Shown piece by piece: positions 32,955 through 39,635 of a DNA stretch of 39,635 bases. The number at the start of each line of letters is the position of its first letter. Position 1 is the stretch's first letter. The stretch is from Minisyncoccia bacterium (GTDB lineage Bacteria; Patescibacteriota; Minisyncoccia; Phycocordibacterales; PALSA-1337): the NCBI GenBank assembly GCA_038211765.1, contig JBBQVG010000002.1, forward strand, positions 1 through 39,635, written 5' to 3'. Both the position numbers and the translations under genes were made by a program. Below the pieces are notes generated by a model. It made no database searches. It saw nothing but the letters and a program-made list of their open reading frames with translations, and was not told the origin of the DNA.

Positions 32955-33809
32955 ATGACAAATTCATTCATAAATAAGGCAATTGCGGCTATTTTCGTAC
33001 TTGCCATACTGGTTATCCCAGCAACACGCGCGCACGCACTCGAAATTGATGGCGGCAACACTGGCGGACAGGATGTAAACACATCCTCAGGCTCTGGATC
33101 AAATCTTACGATAGATGGTGGCAACACTGGCGGACAGGATGTAACACCTCCTTCCGATGGCACACCTCCAGGTGGCAATCCTGGCAATACCGGCAGTATC
33201 GGTGGTGGATCTAGCTTTAGTTCAGGTGGTAGTTCAGGAGGTTCTGCACTCATCTCCGGTACCATCCCTATGGGCACATCTACGCTTTCCAACTCATGCC
33301 CACTTATTTCGTCAACCATACTTCGCCGTGGTGGAAATAATAACCAGGCAGAAGTAGCAAAACTCCAGGCCTATCTCAAGACTTCGGAAAGTATGGATGT
33401 ATCCGTTACTGGAACTTTCGACATCCAGACCGAACTTGCAGTTCGCACTTTCCAGAAAAAGTATACTTCTGACATTCTCCTCCCATGGGGCGGAACAAAG
33501 ACTTCAGGAATCGTCTACATCACTACTTCCAAGAAGATCAACCAGCTCGCATGCGCGCAACCTATCGTCCTGAGTGCCGCAGACTTGGTTATCATCAACA
33601 ATTTCCGCGCCCGTCTTGATTCTACTTCTAACGATACAGCATTTACTGATTCCTTGAATGTTTCTGTTATCGGTACGACAAGTACCCCAACAGCAACGTC
33701 AACTGGTAATATCTTTGGATCAGTTGATGAAAATAGCAATGTTGCAGACGCCGCAGACGCTTCGATAGCGTCTCGCTTCTGGAACTACATCGTAAATCTT
33801 TTCCGTTAA
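32955..33809 (+). CDS. secreted protein with IDGGNTGGQDV repeats, a Gly/Ser linker and a PG_binding_1-like domain
   Basis: ATG 32955 gives the signal peptide (AIAAIFVLAILVIPATRAHA). AEVAKLQAYLKTS...VTGTFDIQTELAVRTFQKKY resembles the peptidoglycan-binding repeat. Confidence 0.75.
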   Translation: MTNSFINKAIAAIFVLAILVIPATRAHALEIDGGNTGGQDVNTSSGSGSNLTIDGGNTGGQDVTPPSDGTPPGGNPGNTGSIGGGSSFSSGGSSGGSALISGTIPMGTSTLSNSCPLISSTILRRGGNNNQAEVAKLQAYLKTSESMDVSVTGTFDIQTELAVRTFQKKYTSDILLPWGGTKTSGIVYITTSKKINQLACAQPIVLSAADLVIINNFRARLDSTSNDTAFTDSLNVSVIGTTSTPTATSTGNIFGSVDENSNVADAADASIASRFWNYIVNLFR

Positions 33810-33843
33810 TTCTCTTCTCACAGGTATACATTCCTGTAAGTAT

Positions 33844-33874
33844 AAAAAATCCCTCACGCGAGGGATTTTTTGTT
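33844..33874. terminator. bidirectional terminator between convergent genes
   Basis: AAAAATCCCTC-acgc-GAGGGATTTTT, a perfect 11-bp stem with an A-tract and T-tract on either side. Confidence 0.8.
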
Positions 33875-33893
33875 ACTGCACAAAAGAACCGCC

Positions 33894-35102
33894 CTAAGAA
33901 GCTAGACGTTTCGTCCCTTCTGCCTTGAGTGGCCGATCAACGACTTTTCCATGAAGGGCTCCCGCGAGAGCAATCATCAGAGCATTGTCGCCAGAGGTGT
34001 GGGTCGACGGGAGATATACGGGGACTGAGTACTCTTTACCTATATTTTTGAAACTCTCTCGAAGCATGCTGTTGGCACTGACACCACCACCTACGATCAC
34101 CGATTGGGCACCTACTGATTCTATAGCTCCTCGTAATTTCTTTTCCAATGTCTCAGTCACCGCTCTCTCAAATTCCAGAGCAATACCTTTTTTGGATATC
34201 TCTGATAGTTGTTCTGTGCCAGTTCTTTTTAGCTCGGCGCGTACCGCATAGAGTACGGCAGTTTTGAGTCCTGAAAATGATAAATCAAGATTGGGGCTAT
34301 CTATCATGGGTCGAGGTAGCTTTACCGTAGGAACAATACCTTCTTCTATAGCCTCATTTGAAAGTCTAGAAATATGCGGGCCACCCGGGTAGGGCAAACC
34401 AAGGAGACGCGCCACCTTGTCGAAAGCCTCGCCGACCGCATCATCTTTTGTCTGTCCAAGGATAGTATAGTCACCGAGCTTATTTATCTTTATCAACTCC
34501 GTATGGCCACCGCTAATCAGAAGTGCTACGGCGGGCAGGTTTAGTTCACTCAGTTTTTGCCATTGCCCACCTGGCGCATCCGATGCAAGGAGGGAGGCGA
34601 CGATATGTCCTTCCATGTGATTTACGGGCACAACAGAGACATCCCAGAGCTTTCCTAGGATACGGGCGGCATTGATGCCAACCCATAACGTTGGTTCGAG
34701 CCCGGGTCCCTCGGTGACGGCTATTTGATCGATATTAGGAACATGCTTCAAGAAATCGGCCTTTTCGATAGCTCCGAAAAGATCGGGGTCTTTTGATTCC
34801 ATCTCCTTACGTAGAGATTCTATGACAGATTCAAATTGCTCATTTTTTAATGCACCTCGTGCTGTTGTTGATTTTAATATCTCTTCTAGCAGGGGAGTAA
34901 TATTTTTGCCATGCTCACGTTTTGCAAGCATCGGAAACACACCACCATAGGCACTGTGAAGTTCGGCTTGTGAATGAATGAGAGAAGCGATGACACGACA
35001 TTCGAAGGTGTCTTCTGTAGTAATCGACGAATACACTCCTCGCGTTTCTATAAGCGCCAAAGCTGTCTCATCACATGATGTTTCGATACCGAGAGTGATC
35101 AT
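33894..35102 (-). CDS. tsaD: tRNA N6-adenosine threonylcarbamoyltransferase
   Basis: LGIETSCDETA, NHMEGH, SGGHTE, DDAVGEAFDKVARLLGLPYPGG and GGVSAN. 402 aa, with an insertion relative to E. coli TsaD. Confidence 0.92.
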   Translation of the reverse strand: MITLGIETSCDETALALIETRGVYSSITTEDTFECRVIASLIHSQAELHSAYGGVFPMLAKREHGKNITPLLEEILKSTTARGALKNEQFESVIESLRKEMESKDPDLFGAIEKADFLKHVPNIDQIAVTEGPGLEPTLWVGINAARILGKLWDVSVVPVNHMEGHIVASLLASDAPGGQWQKLSELNLPAVALLISGGHTELIKINKLGDYTILGQTKDDAVGEAFDKVARLLGLPYPGGPHISRLSNEAIEEGIVPTVKLPRPMIDSPNLDLSFSGLKTAVLYAVRAELKRTGTEQLSEISKKGIALEFERAVTETLEKKLRGAIESVGAQSVIVGGGVSANSMLRESFKNIGKEYSVPVYLPSTHTSGDNALMIALAGALHGKVVDRPLKAEGTKRLAS

Positions 35103-35116
35103 ATAATAAATAACTA

Positions 35117-35404
35117 TTATAACGTAGCCGGACTAATAGGAAGCTTTGATTCCAATAAAGACCTTGAAACTTCCTCCTCACTATCTCCATTTATGTTAAT
35201 AAAATAACAATCGTCCCTAGCGACAGAATCATCTTTTGAGATTTTTATAGTTGTTTGGTCTGACAATGAAGCAATTAGGTAAGTAAAATCTGGAGGATGG
35301 TTCAGGCTTTCTCTTTCATGAATATCGGTATCCTTGAAAACTAAGAAGATTTCTTCTGCCGTAGCTTTTAGTCCTTTTGTTGAATTAATGTGTAGTAGAA
35401 TCAT
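35117..35404 (-). CDS. hypothetical small protein (95 aa)
   Basis: ORF 35117..35476 trimmed to ATG 35404, because its first 24 codons are the reverse of tRNA-Val. AT-rich. No family recognised. Coding status uncertain. Confidence 0.4.
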   Translation of the reverse strand: MILLHINSTKGLKATAEEIFLVFKDTDIHERESLNHPPDFTYLIASLSDQTTIKISKDDSVARDDCYFININGDSEEEVSRSLLESKLPISPATL

Positions 35405-35418
35405 GGGATTTTTATTTG

Positions 35419-35491
35419 TGCGCGATAGAGGATTCGAACCTCTGACCCTCCCCACGTCAAGGGGATGCTCTACCAACTGAGCTAACCGCGC
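35419..35491 (-). tRNA. tRNA-Val (anticodon GAC)
   Basis: The reverse complement folds as GCGCGGT-TA-GCTC..GAGC-A-TCCCC-TTGACGT-GGGGA-GGGTC-AGAGG-TTCGAAT-CCTCT-ATCGCGC-A. CCA is not encoded. Confidence 0.92.
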
Positions 35492-35544
35492 GATAAATGA
35501 ACTATAGCAGAATGCGGTTTTATTAACAAAAATGATTCAACCGA

Positions 35545-35572
35545 TTGACTTATTATGTAAAAGGGATATGAT
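35545..35572 (+). promoter_or_regulatory. sigma70-like promoter of the serpin-like gene
   Basis: TTGACT (35545..35550), 16-nt spacer, TATGAT (35567..35572). GAAAGG lies 7 nt before ATG 35623. Confidence 0.5.
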
Positions 35573-35622
35573 TTTTTTGAATAGACACAGAGCTTCACTG
35601 CTCTCACAACGAAAGGTAACAC

Positions 35623-36528
35623 ATGCTCATTGATAGATTACTTCGTCGCAGATCCTCGACAGAAAAACAGACCAGTCAAACAGTTTGTTTCGCTCCCATC
35701 GGCGGGTGCCTGATAGCTTGCGAAGACAAGGTACTATCCGCAGGCGATTGGCGACCGCGCAATGCCGAACAGGTCAACTTTCTGAAACGATACTACTACG
35801 ACTTTCGAGAAGTTCTCAAAACTCTTCCGGAACTTGAGTCCCTCGCCTCCGAAAGCGCAGACGAGGTCAGTCGATTCCTCAGCGACCGTGGCTTCAGTAT
35901 CAGCATCGACCGGATCGATCCGCCTGGGATTGGGGTTGCAAGCGTCTTCAAGCTCCTACTTGAGTGGGTGCGACCGGGAACCACCTGTTGGGTTCGTAAC
36001 AAGGAATACCCGGCGGTTCGCATCGGAAGGAATCACCAGTTTTTTAGTTCCAAGCATGCTCAGAATCCCATCGTCTCCATCGTTACACGAAACGGCGATG
36101 TGGTCAGGATGACTGCATTCGATCATCCGCCACACGAGTTTGAACTTGCGGAGCTTGTCCGTGAAATTGACCGGTCTGCGAAACCTAACAACGACTTCAA
36201 CGGGGTCATCTTCCCAATGATCACCTACAACGAACAAATCGATATCTCGTGGGTGCATGGGATGGAGACACAGGGGATCGCGGGTCCGTGGATCATCTCT
36301 CAAGCCATCCAGCAAACCAAGTTCCGCATGAATGAATTTGGAGCAAAAGTCGAGAGTGCCGTAGCAATGGGTGTGCTGCTTGGATATTGTCCCGGACCAC
36401 CTCCAAAGCCAGATCTGATCATCGACAAGCCTTTCCTCCTCTGGATCAAACGGGAGGGGCTAGAGATTCCACTGTTCATTGGGCACTTTGCCGAGGAGCA
36501 CTGGAAGAATCCGGGGAAATTGGATTGA
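35623..36528 (+). CDS. serpin-superfamily-like protein, N-terminally shortened (301 aa)
   Basis: The C-terminal third is colinear with the serpin hinge/RCL/s4B-s5B region (ISQAIQQTKFRMNEFGAKVESAVAM...DKPFLLWIKREGLEIPLFIGHF...NPG). No signal peptide seen. Confidence 0.6.
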   Translation: MLIDRLLRRRSSTEKQTSQTVCFAPIGGCLIACEDKVLSAGDWRPRNAEQVNFLKRYYYDFREVLKTLPELESLASESADEVSRFLSDRGFSISIDRIDPPGIGVASVFKLLLEWVRPGTTCWVRNKEYPAVRIGRNHQFFSSKHAQNPIVSIVTRNGDVVRMTAFDHPPHEFELAELVREIDRSAKPNNDFNGVIFPMITYNEQIDISWVHGMETQGIAGPWIISQAIQQTKFRMNEFGAKVESAVAMGVLLGYCPGPPPKPDLIIDKPFLLWIKREGLEIPLFIGHFAEEHWKNPGKLD

Positions 36529-36549
36529 GAATATCACACAAGCAATAGG

Positions 36550-36575
36550 CCGGACGAATGTTCGGTCTTTTTTAT
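36550..36575 (+). terminator. rho-independent terminator
   Basis: CCGGAC-gaat-GTTCGG (one G-U pair) followed by TCTTTTTTAT. Confidence 0.7.
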
Positions 36576-36643
36576 GTAACGATACCTTGCAGAATAAATC
36601 TGTATGAGATAGGGTATAAGTATTATCACTTTTCCAACTTACT

Positions 36644-37099
36644 ATGCGCATCAATATCGCTAATATGAAATCAATCCTATCCTTTGGTCTTGTCATCATA
36701 TCTATTTTTATAATCTCTACATCACCAGTTATTGCAAAAGAAAAAGATGTCAAACCTGCCATAAAGGCTACAGTAAGTGGCATCATCACCCTCGGTCCTG
36801 TCTGTGCTGTTGTGACCTACCCAAGTAGTGAAAATTGTGGAGATCAACCATACGCAACGACTGTGTATTTCTACTCTACAACAGGAAGGAAAATAAAATC
36901 TGTTACCTCATCAACGGATGGTTCCTACAAAGTAAGACTACCTGCTGGTACCTATACTATTGGCACGACAGCCACACCACCACCTTCTGGTAGCATCATT
37001 CCTCCATCTATTCCCAAGCTAAAAACAACGGGACCAATTACCGTCACTGCACACCAGAGACTCAATCTTCCAATCTCTTTTGAAACTGGGATTCAGTAA
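36644..37099 (+). CDS. secreted protein with a carboxypeptidase-regulatory-like/prealbumin-like beta domain
   Basis: Signal peptide (SILSFGLVIISIFIISTSPVIA) and the motif TSSTDGSYKVRLPAGTYTI, typical of CarboxypepD_reg-like folds. Alternative start at ATG 36665. Confidence 0.7.
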   Translation: MRINIANMKSILSFGLVIISIFIISTSPVIAKEKDVKPAIKATVSGIITLGPVCAVVTYPSSENCGDQPYATTVYFYSTTGRKIKSVTSSTDGSYKVRLPAGTYTIGTTATPPPSGSIIPPSIPKLKTTGPITVTAHQRLNLPISFETGIQ

Positions 37100-37120
37100 A
37101 TTCACTTCAAAATAGTATGC

Positions 37121-37147
37121 TTGACTCCTGTGTATTTCTGCTATAAT
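37121..37147 (+). promoter_or_regulatory. promoter with TTGACT and extended -10 TGcTATAAT, 6 nt before ATG 37154 (leaderless candidate)
   Basis: TTGACT 37121..37126, 15-nt spacer, TATAAT 37142..37147. Confidence 0.45.
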
Positions 37148-37153
37148 CAAACC

Positions 37154-37477
37154 ATGTTAACTCCAGTCTCCCAACCACAGCTCCTCGAACGCATCTTCAC
37201 CGACCAGTTCGGACGCCAGTTTCGCATGGTATTCATAGTCGCAGTCGTCGATGGGGAACTCAAGGGTAGACTTGTCTCTGTTCGACCTATCTCTGCGTCC
37301 AACTCTCTCAAACTCAAAGGTGCAATTTATTCAGAAACCATCTGTTTTCCTATCGAATGTTCTACCAAGAAAGGTGAGACCTTATACGTCGCCGCCTTTT
37401 CTCCTGTCGTTTCTCCTTATGTCTCTCTCGAATTTTTGATGACCAGTCAACCTACTAGAGCTCCGTCTTTCGCATAA
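37154..37477 (+). CDS. hypothetical protein (107 aa)
   Basis: ATG 37154 within ORF 37121..37477. No recognisable family. Confidence 0.5.
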   Translation: MLTPVSQPQLLERIFTDQFGRQFRMVFIVAVVDGELKGRLVSVRPISASNSLKLKGAIYSETICFPIECSTKKGETLYVAAFSPVVSPYVSLEFLMTSQPTRAPSFA

Positions 37478-37518
37478 AGCTTCGGCGTGACAAGCCCTCA
37501 TTCGTGCTCGATTAAACT

Positions 37519-37743
37519 ATGTATATAAAAGTCCGAGTCAAAGCTAACTCACGCGCAGAGTCAGTGGTCCAAGAGAGTCACGACCACTATGTTATCGCAG
37601 TAAGGGAAAAGGCCGAGCGCAATCTGGCAAACAAGAGGATCGTTGAAATATTGAAGGGTATGTTTCCCGATCGTCAGATACGCATTATTCACGGACACAA
37701 GGAACCGTCGAAGTTGATCGCGATCGATGAGAGGGAAGAGTAA
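37519..37743 (+). CDS. DUF167/YggU-family protein
   Basis: MYIKVRVKANSRAE...YVIAVREKAERNLANKRIVEILKGMF...IRIIHGHKEPSKLIAI matches the UPF0235 pattern (V.V.P.A..., G.AN..l...L, G..s..K.v.i). Confidence 0.75.
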   Translation: MYIKVRVKANSRAESVVQESHDHYVIAVREKAERNLANKRIVEILKGMFPDRQIRIIHGHKEPSKLIAIDEREE

Positions 37744-37781
37744 CCAATGTGCTGATCCTTAACAAGTATGTAGTGTATATA

Positions 37782-37853
37782 ATCCGCCTTCGCTCTTCGA
37801 GCTTCGGCGGATGAAAAAAGAATCCGCCGACTAGTATTGCTACTAGCCGGCGG
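37782..37853. terminator. two tandem GC-rich hairpins between convergent genes
   Basis: Hairpin 1 is ATCCGCC (37782..37788) with GGCGGAT (37806..37812). Hairpin 2 is CCGCCGACTAGTA (37824..37836) with TACTAGCCGGCGG (37841..37853). On the minus strand, hairpin 2 is followed by CTTTTTTC. Confidence 0.5.
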
Positions 37854-37887
37854 GGAAATCTCGAGTGACTTGTTACGTTGAAAGGTG

Positions 37888-38367
37888 TCACTGCTTAACC
37901 TTCGACTCATCATCTGTGACTATACCAGTGACGACATATCCGTGTTTCCAGCTCGGATTCCTAAAACCTCTCCTGAGATAGATTCGATAAGGGAGGCTAG
38001 CAGTTCTCAATTGAGCATTGATCCTGCTTGAGTCACCATACGAAATCCCGTTAGGCAACAACCTTACCGACACCTCTTCTCTCCCTGTGTGTTTAATCTC
38101 TTGTAAGAGTATGCGGAGTTTGTCGGTGAACTGAAGGGCAAGAATTTTATCCCAAACTTCAGTTGTAAAGATCTGCCGTTTACTTCGATTTCTCTCTCGG
38201 CAACCAAACGGCAGTTGCTTAATGGAATTGACAACGACAGGTGAATCATTGATGATGTGCAGGTCGCAGACAATCCTTTGTCCAGGCTTAAGAGCAACAT
38301 ACTTCTGATACTCTTGAGTCACAAACGATTGAACAACTTCCTGAAGCTCCTTCATTTTCTGGCTCAT
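37888..38367 (-). CDS. hypothetical protein (159 aa)
   Basis: Clean ORF divergent from dnaK. No family recognised. Confidence 0.6.
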   Translation of the reverse strand: MSQKMKELQEVVQSFVTQEYQKYVALKPGQRIVCDLHIINDSPVVVNSIKQLPFGCRERNRSKRQIFTTEVWDKILALQFTDKLRILLQEIKHTGREEVSVRLLPNGISYGDSSRINAQLRTASLPYRIYLRRGFRNPSWKHGYVVTGIVTDDESKVKQ

Positions 38368-38476
38368 GTATTTATCCTTTCAATTGCACTTTAGCACACT
38401 AAATACTTAACTGTCAATATCACAGGAAACCTCATTATAAGACCCTAATTTACTAATTACTAACTTACCAATTACC

Positions 38477-39635
38477 ATGTCCAAAATCATAGGAATAGAC
38501 CTAGGCACAACATTCTCGGCAGTGGCCGTCATGGAAGCTGGTACTCCGCGCGTCCTCGAAAACACAGAGGGTGCACGAACCACTCCTTCCATCGTTGCTC
38601 AGTCAAAGGCAGGCGAACGCCTGGTGGGACTCCTGGCAAAACGTCAGGCTGTTACCAACCCAAAGAACACTATCTTCCAGATCAAACGCTTTATCGGACA
38701 CACCTTCGATGAAGAAAGTGTCCAGAAAGATATCAAAAATGTTTCCTTCGAAGTGCGCAAATCTTCTAATGGCGGCATCGAGGTGAACATGGGTGGTTCG
38801 ACAAGCTCACCACAGGGCGGCAATTGGCTGAGACCAGAAGAAATCTCAGCCATGATACTTACCAAACTCAAGAACGACGCAGAGGCACGTCTCGGAGAAA
38901 AGATCACCGAGGCCGTCATTACAGTTCCTGCATACTTCAACGACTCACAGCGCCAGGCCACAAAGGACGCCGGTAAGATCGCAGGTCTCGATGTTAAGCG
39001 CATCATCAACGAACCAACAGCAGCCGCGCTTGCATACGGGTTTAACAAAAAGAAAGACGAGAAAATCGCTGTCTTTGACTTTGGTGGGGGTACATTCGAT
39101 GTATCTGTACTAGAAGTCAGTTCAGCTGAAGGTGATAGTTCTATCGAAGTACGCTCAACCGACGGAGACTCACACCTCGGCGGTCGTGATATCGACGCCA
39201 AGATAGTCAACTGGCTTGCGGATACATTCAAAAAAGAAAACGGGATTGATCTCAAGACCGACGCATTGGCACTCCAACGTCTCGATGAAGGAGCAGAGAA
39301 AGCCAAGATCGAGCTCTCGACAGCGGTTACCACTGACATAAATATTCCATTCATTACATCAGGTGCTGATGGACCAAAACATCTCTTGGTTACTCTCACT
39401 CGTGCCAAACTCGAAGAGCTCACAGCCGAGTTTATAGAGCGCGCAATGATGATCACCAAGCGTGCCATGGATGCCTCACCATTCAAAGTAGGCGACATCA
39501 ATGAAGTTATTCTCGTTGGTGGGCAGACACGTATGCCAGCTCTTCAAAATGCAGTCAAACAGTTTTTCCAGAAAGATCCTCACATGGGTGTGAACCCCGA
39601 CGAGGTGGTTGCGGTAGGCGCCGCTATTCAAGGCG
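38477..39635 (+). CDS. dnaK: molecular chaperone DnaK (Hsp70), 3'-truncated by the window edge
   Basis: Hand-translated from ATG 38477: [94 protein letters not shown] and [11 protein letters not shown]. Not in the ORF track because no stop lies in the window. Confidence 0.95.
   Translation, partial: MSKIIGIDLGTTFSAVAVMEAGTPRVLENTEGARTTPSIVAQSKAGERLVGLLAKRQAVTNPKNTIFQIKRFIGHTFDEESVQKDIKNVSFEVRKSSNGGIEVNMGGSTSSPQGGNWLRPEEISAMILTKLKNDAEARLGEKITEAVITVPAYFNDSQRQATKDAGKIAGLDVKRIINEPTAAALAYGFNKKKDEKIAVFDFGGGTFDVSVLEVSSAEGDSSIEVRSTDGDSHLGGRDIDAKIVNWLADTFKKENGIDLKTDALALQRLDEGAEKAKIELSTAVTTDINIPFITSGADGPKHLLVTLTRAKLEELTAEFIERAMMITKRAMDASPFKVGDINEVILVGGQTRMPALQNAVKQFFQKDPHMGVNPDEVVAVGAAIQG

Noticed and set aside
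33048-33144. Possible diversity-generating retroelement TR/VR pair.
   Set aside because: Both copies are in-frame coding repeats of the same gene. The single mismatch is C/T rather than adenine-specific, and no reverse transcriptase lies in the window.
38368-38476. CIRCE/HrcA operator upstream of dnaK.
   Set aside because: Only a half-site, TTAGCAC (38391..38397), is present, with no GAGTGCTAA partner 9 nt away. No hrcA or grpE is adjacent.
38644-39501. 285-aa minus-strand ORF, the longest track ORF at the right edge.
   Set aside because: It is antisense to the clearly recognisable dnaK frame, which starts at 38477 and is open to the window end. The translation is a Ser/Ala-rich shadow.

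Overview
All calls come from reading the ORF translations and the DNA by eye. No BLAST or HMM searches were run. The window is mostly housekeeping genome from a streamlined, Shine-Dalgarno-poor bacterium. The gene content suggests Patescibacteria/CPR (Parcubacteria-like), but that is inference only. Left to right:

- **1..8.7 kb:** small membrane proteins and an alpha/beta hydrolase. Then infA-rpmJ-rpsM-rpsK-rpsD-rpoA-rplQ and rplM-rpsI. rpmJ is absent from the ORF track and was found by hand. Then a NUDIX hydrolase, a tandem pair of unknown paralogs (the second interrupted by an in-frame TAA) and a membrane-anchored coiled-coil/Pro-rich protein.
- **8.7..20.4 kb:** a stand-alone mreB, holB-like, frr, rseP and a minimal proS. 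Then a second mreB in an mreB-mreC-mreD-mrdA cluster, split by an opposite-strand frameshifted MazF/PemK toxin gene. Then greA and lysS.
- **20.4..28.5 kb:** a tiny prepilin-like gene and mraZ-rsmH-ftsL-like-ftsI. A G+C-rich structured spacer follows, then murF, tRNA-Glu(CUC), a cold-shock protein and a TMEM175/DUF1211 channel homolog. Last come an orphan receiver domain and a secreted protein with an extremely Tyr-rich domain.
- **28.5..39.6 kb:** dnaE, two monocistronic secreted ORFans, tsaD and tRNA-Val(GAC). Then a run of individually promoted and terminated ORFans that includes a truncated serpin-like protein. A 3'-truncated dnaK, also absent from the ORF track, runs off the right edge.

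No CRISPR array, transposase, integrase, reverse transcriptase or rRNA was seen.

Most notable observations:
1. The MazF/PemK toxin is inactivated by a perfect 7-bp tandem duplication inside the cell-shape operon.
2. A short serpin-superfamily homolog sits in its own transcription unit.
3. One of the tandem paralogs carries an in-frame stop, with conserved coding sequence continuing downstream.
4. Extended -10 boxes recur 5-10 nt from start codons, which suggests leaderless mRNAs.
5. AAGTGG[G/T] boxes lie upstream of mraZ.
6. A G+C-rich inverted-repeat spacer sits where murE normally lies.
7. The 34-Tyr/107-residue secreted low-complexity domain.
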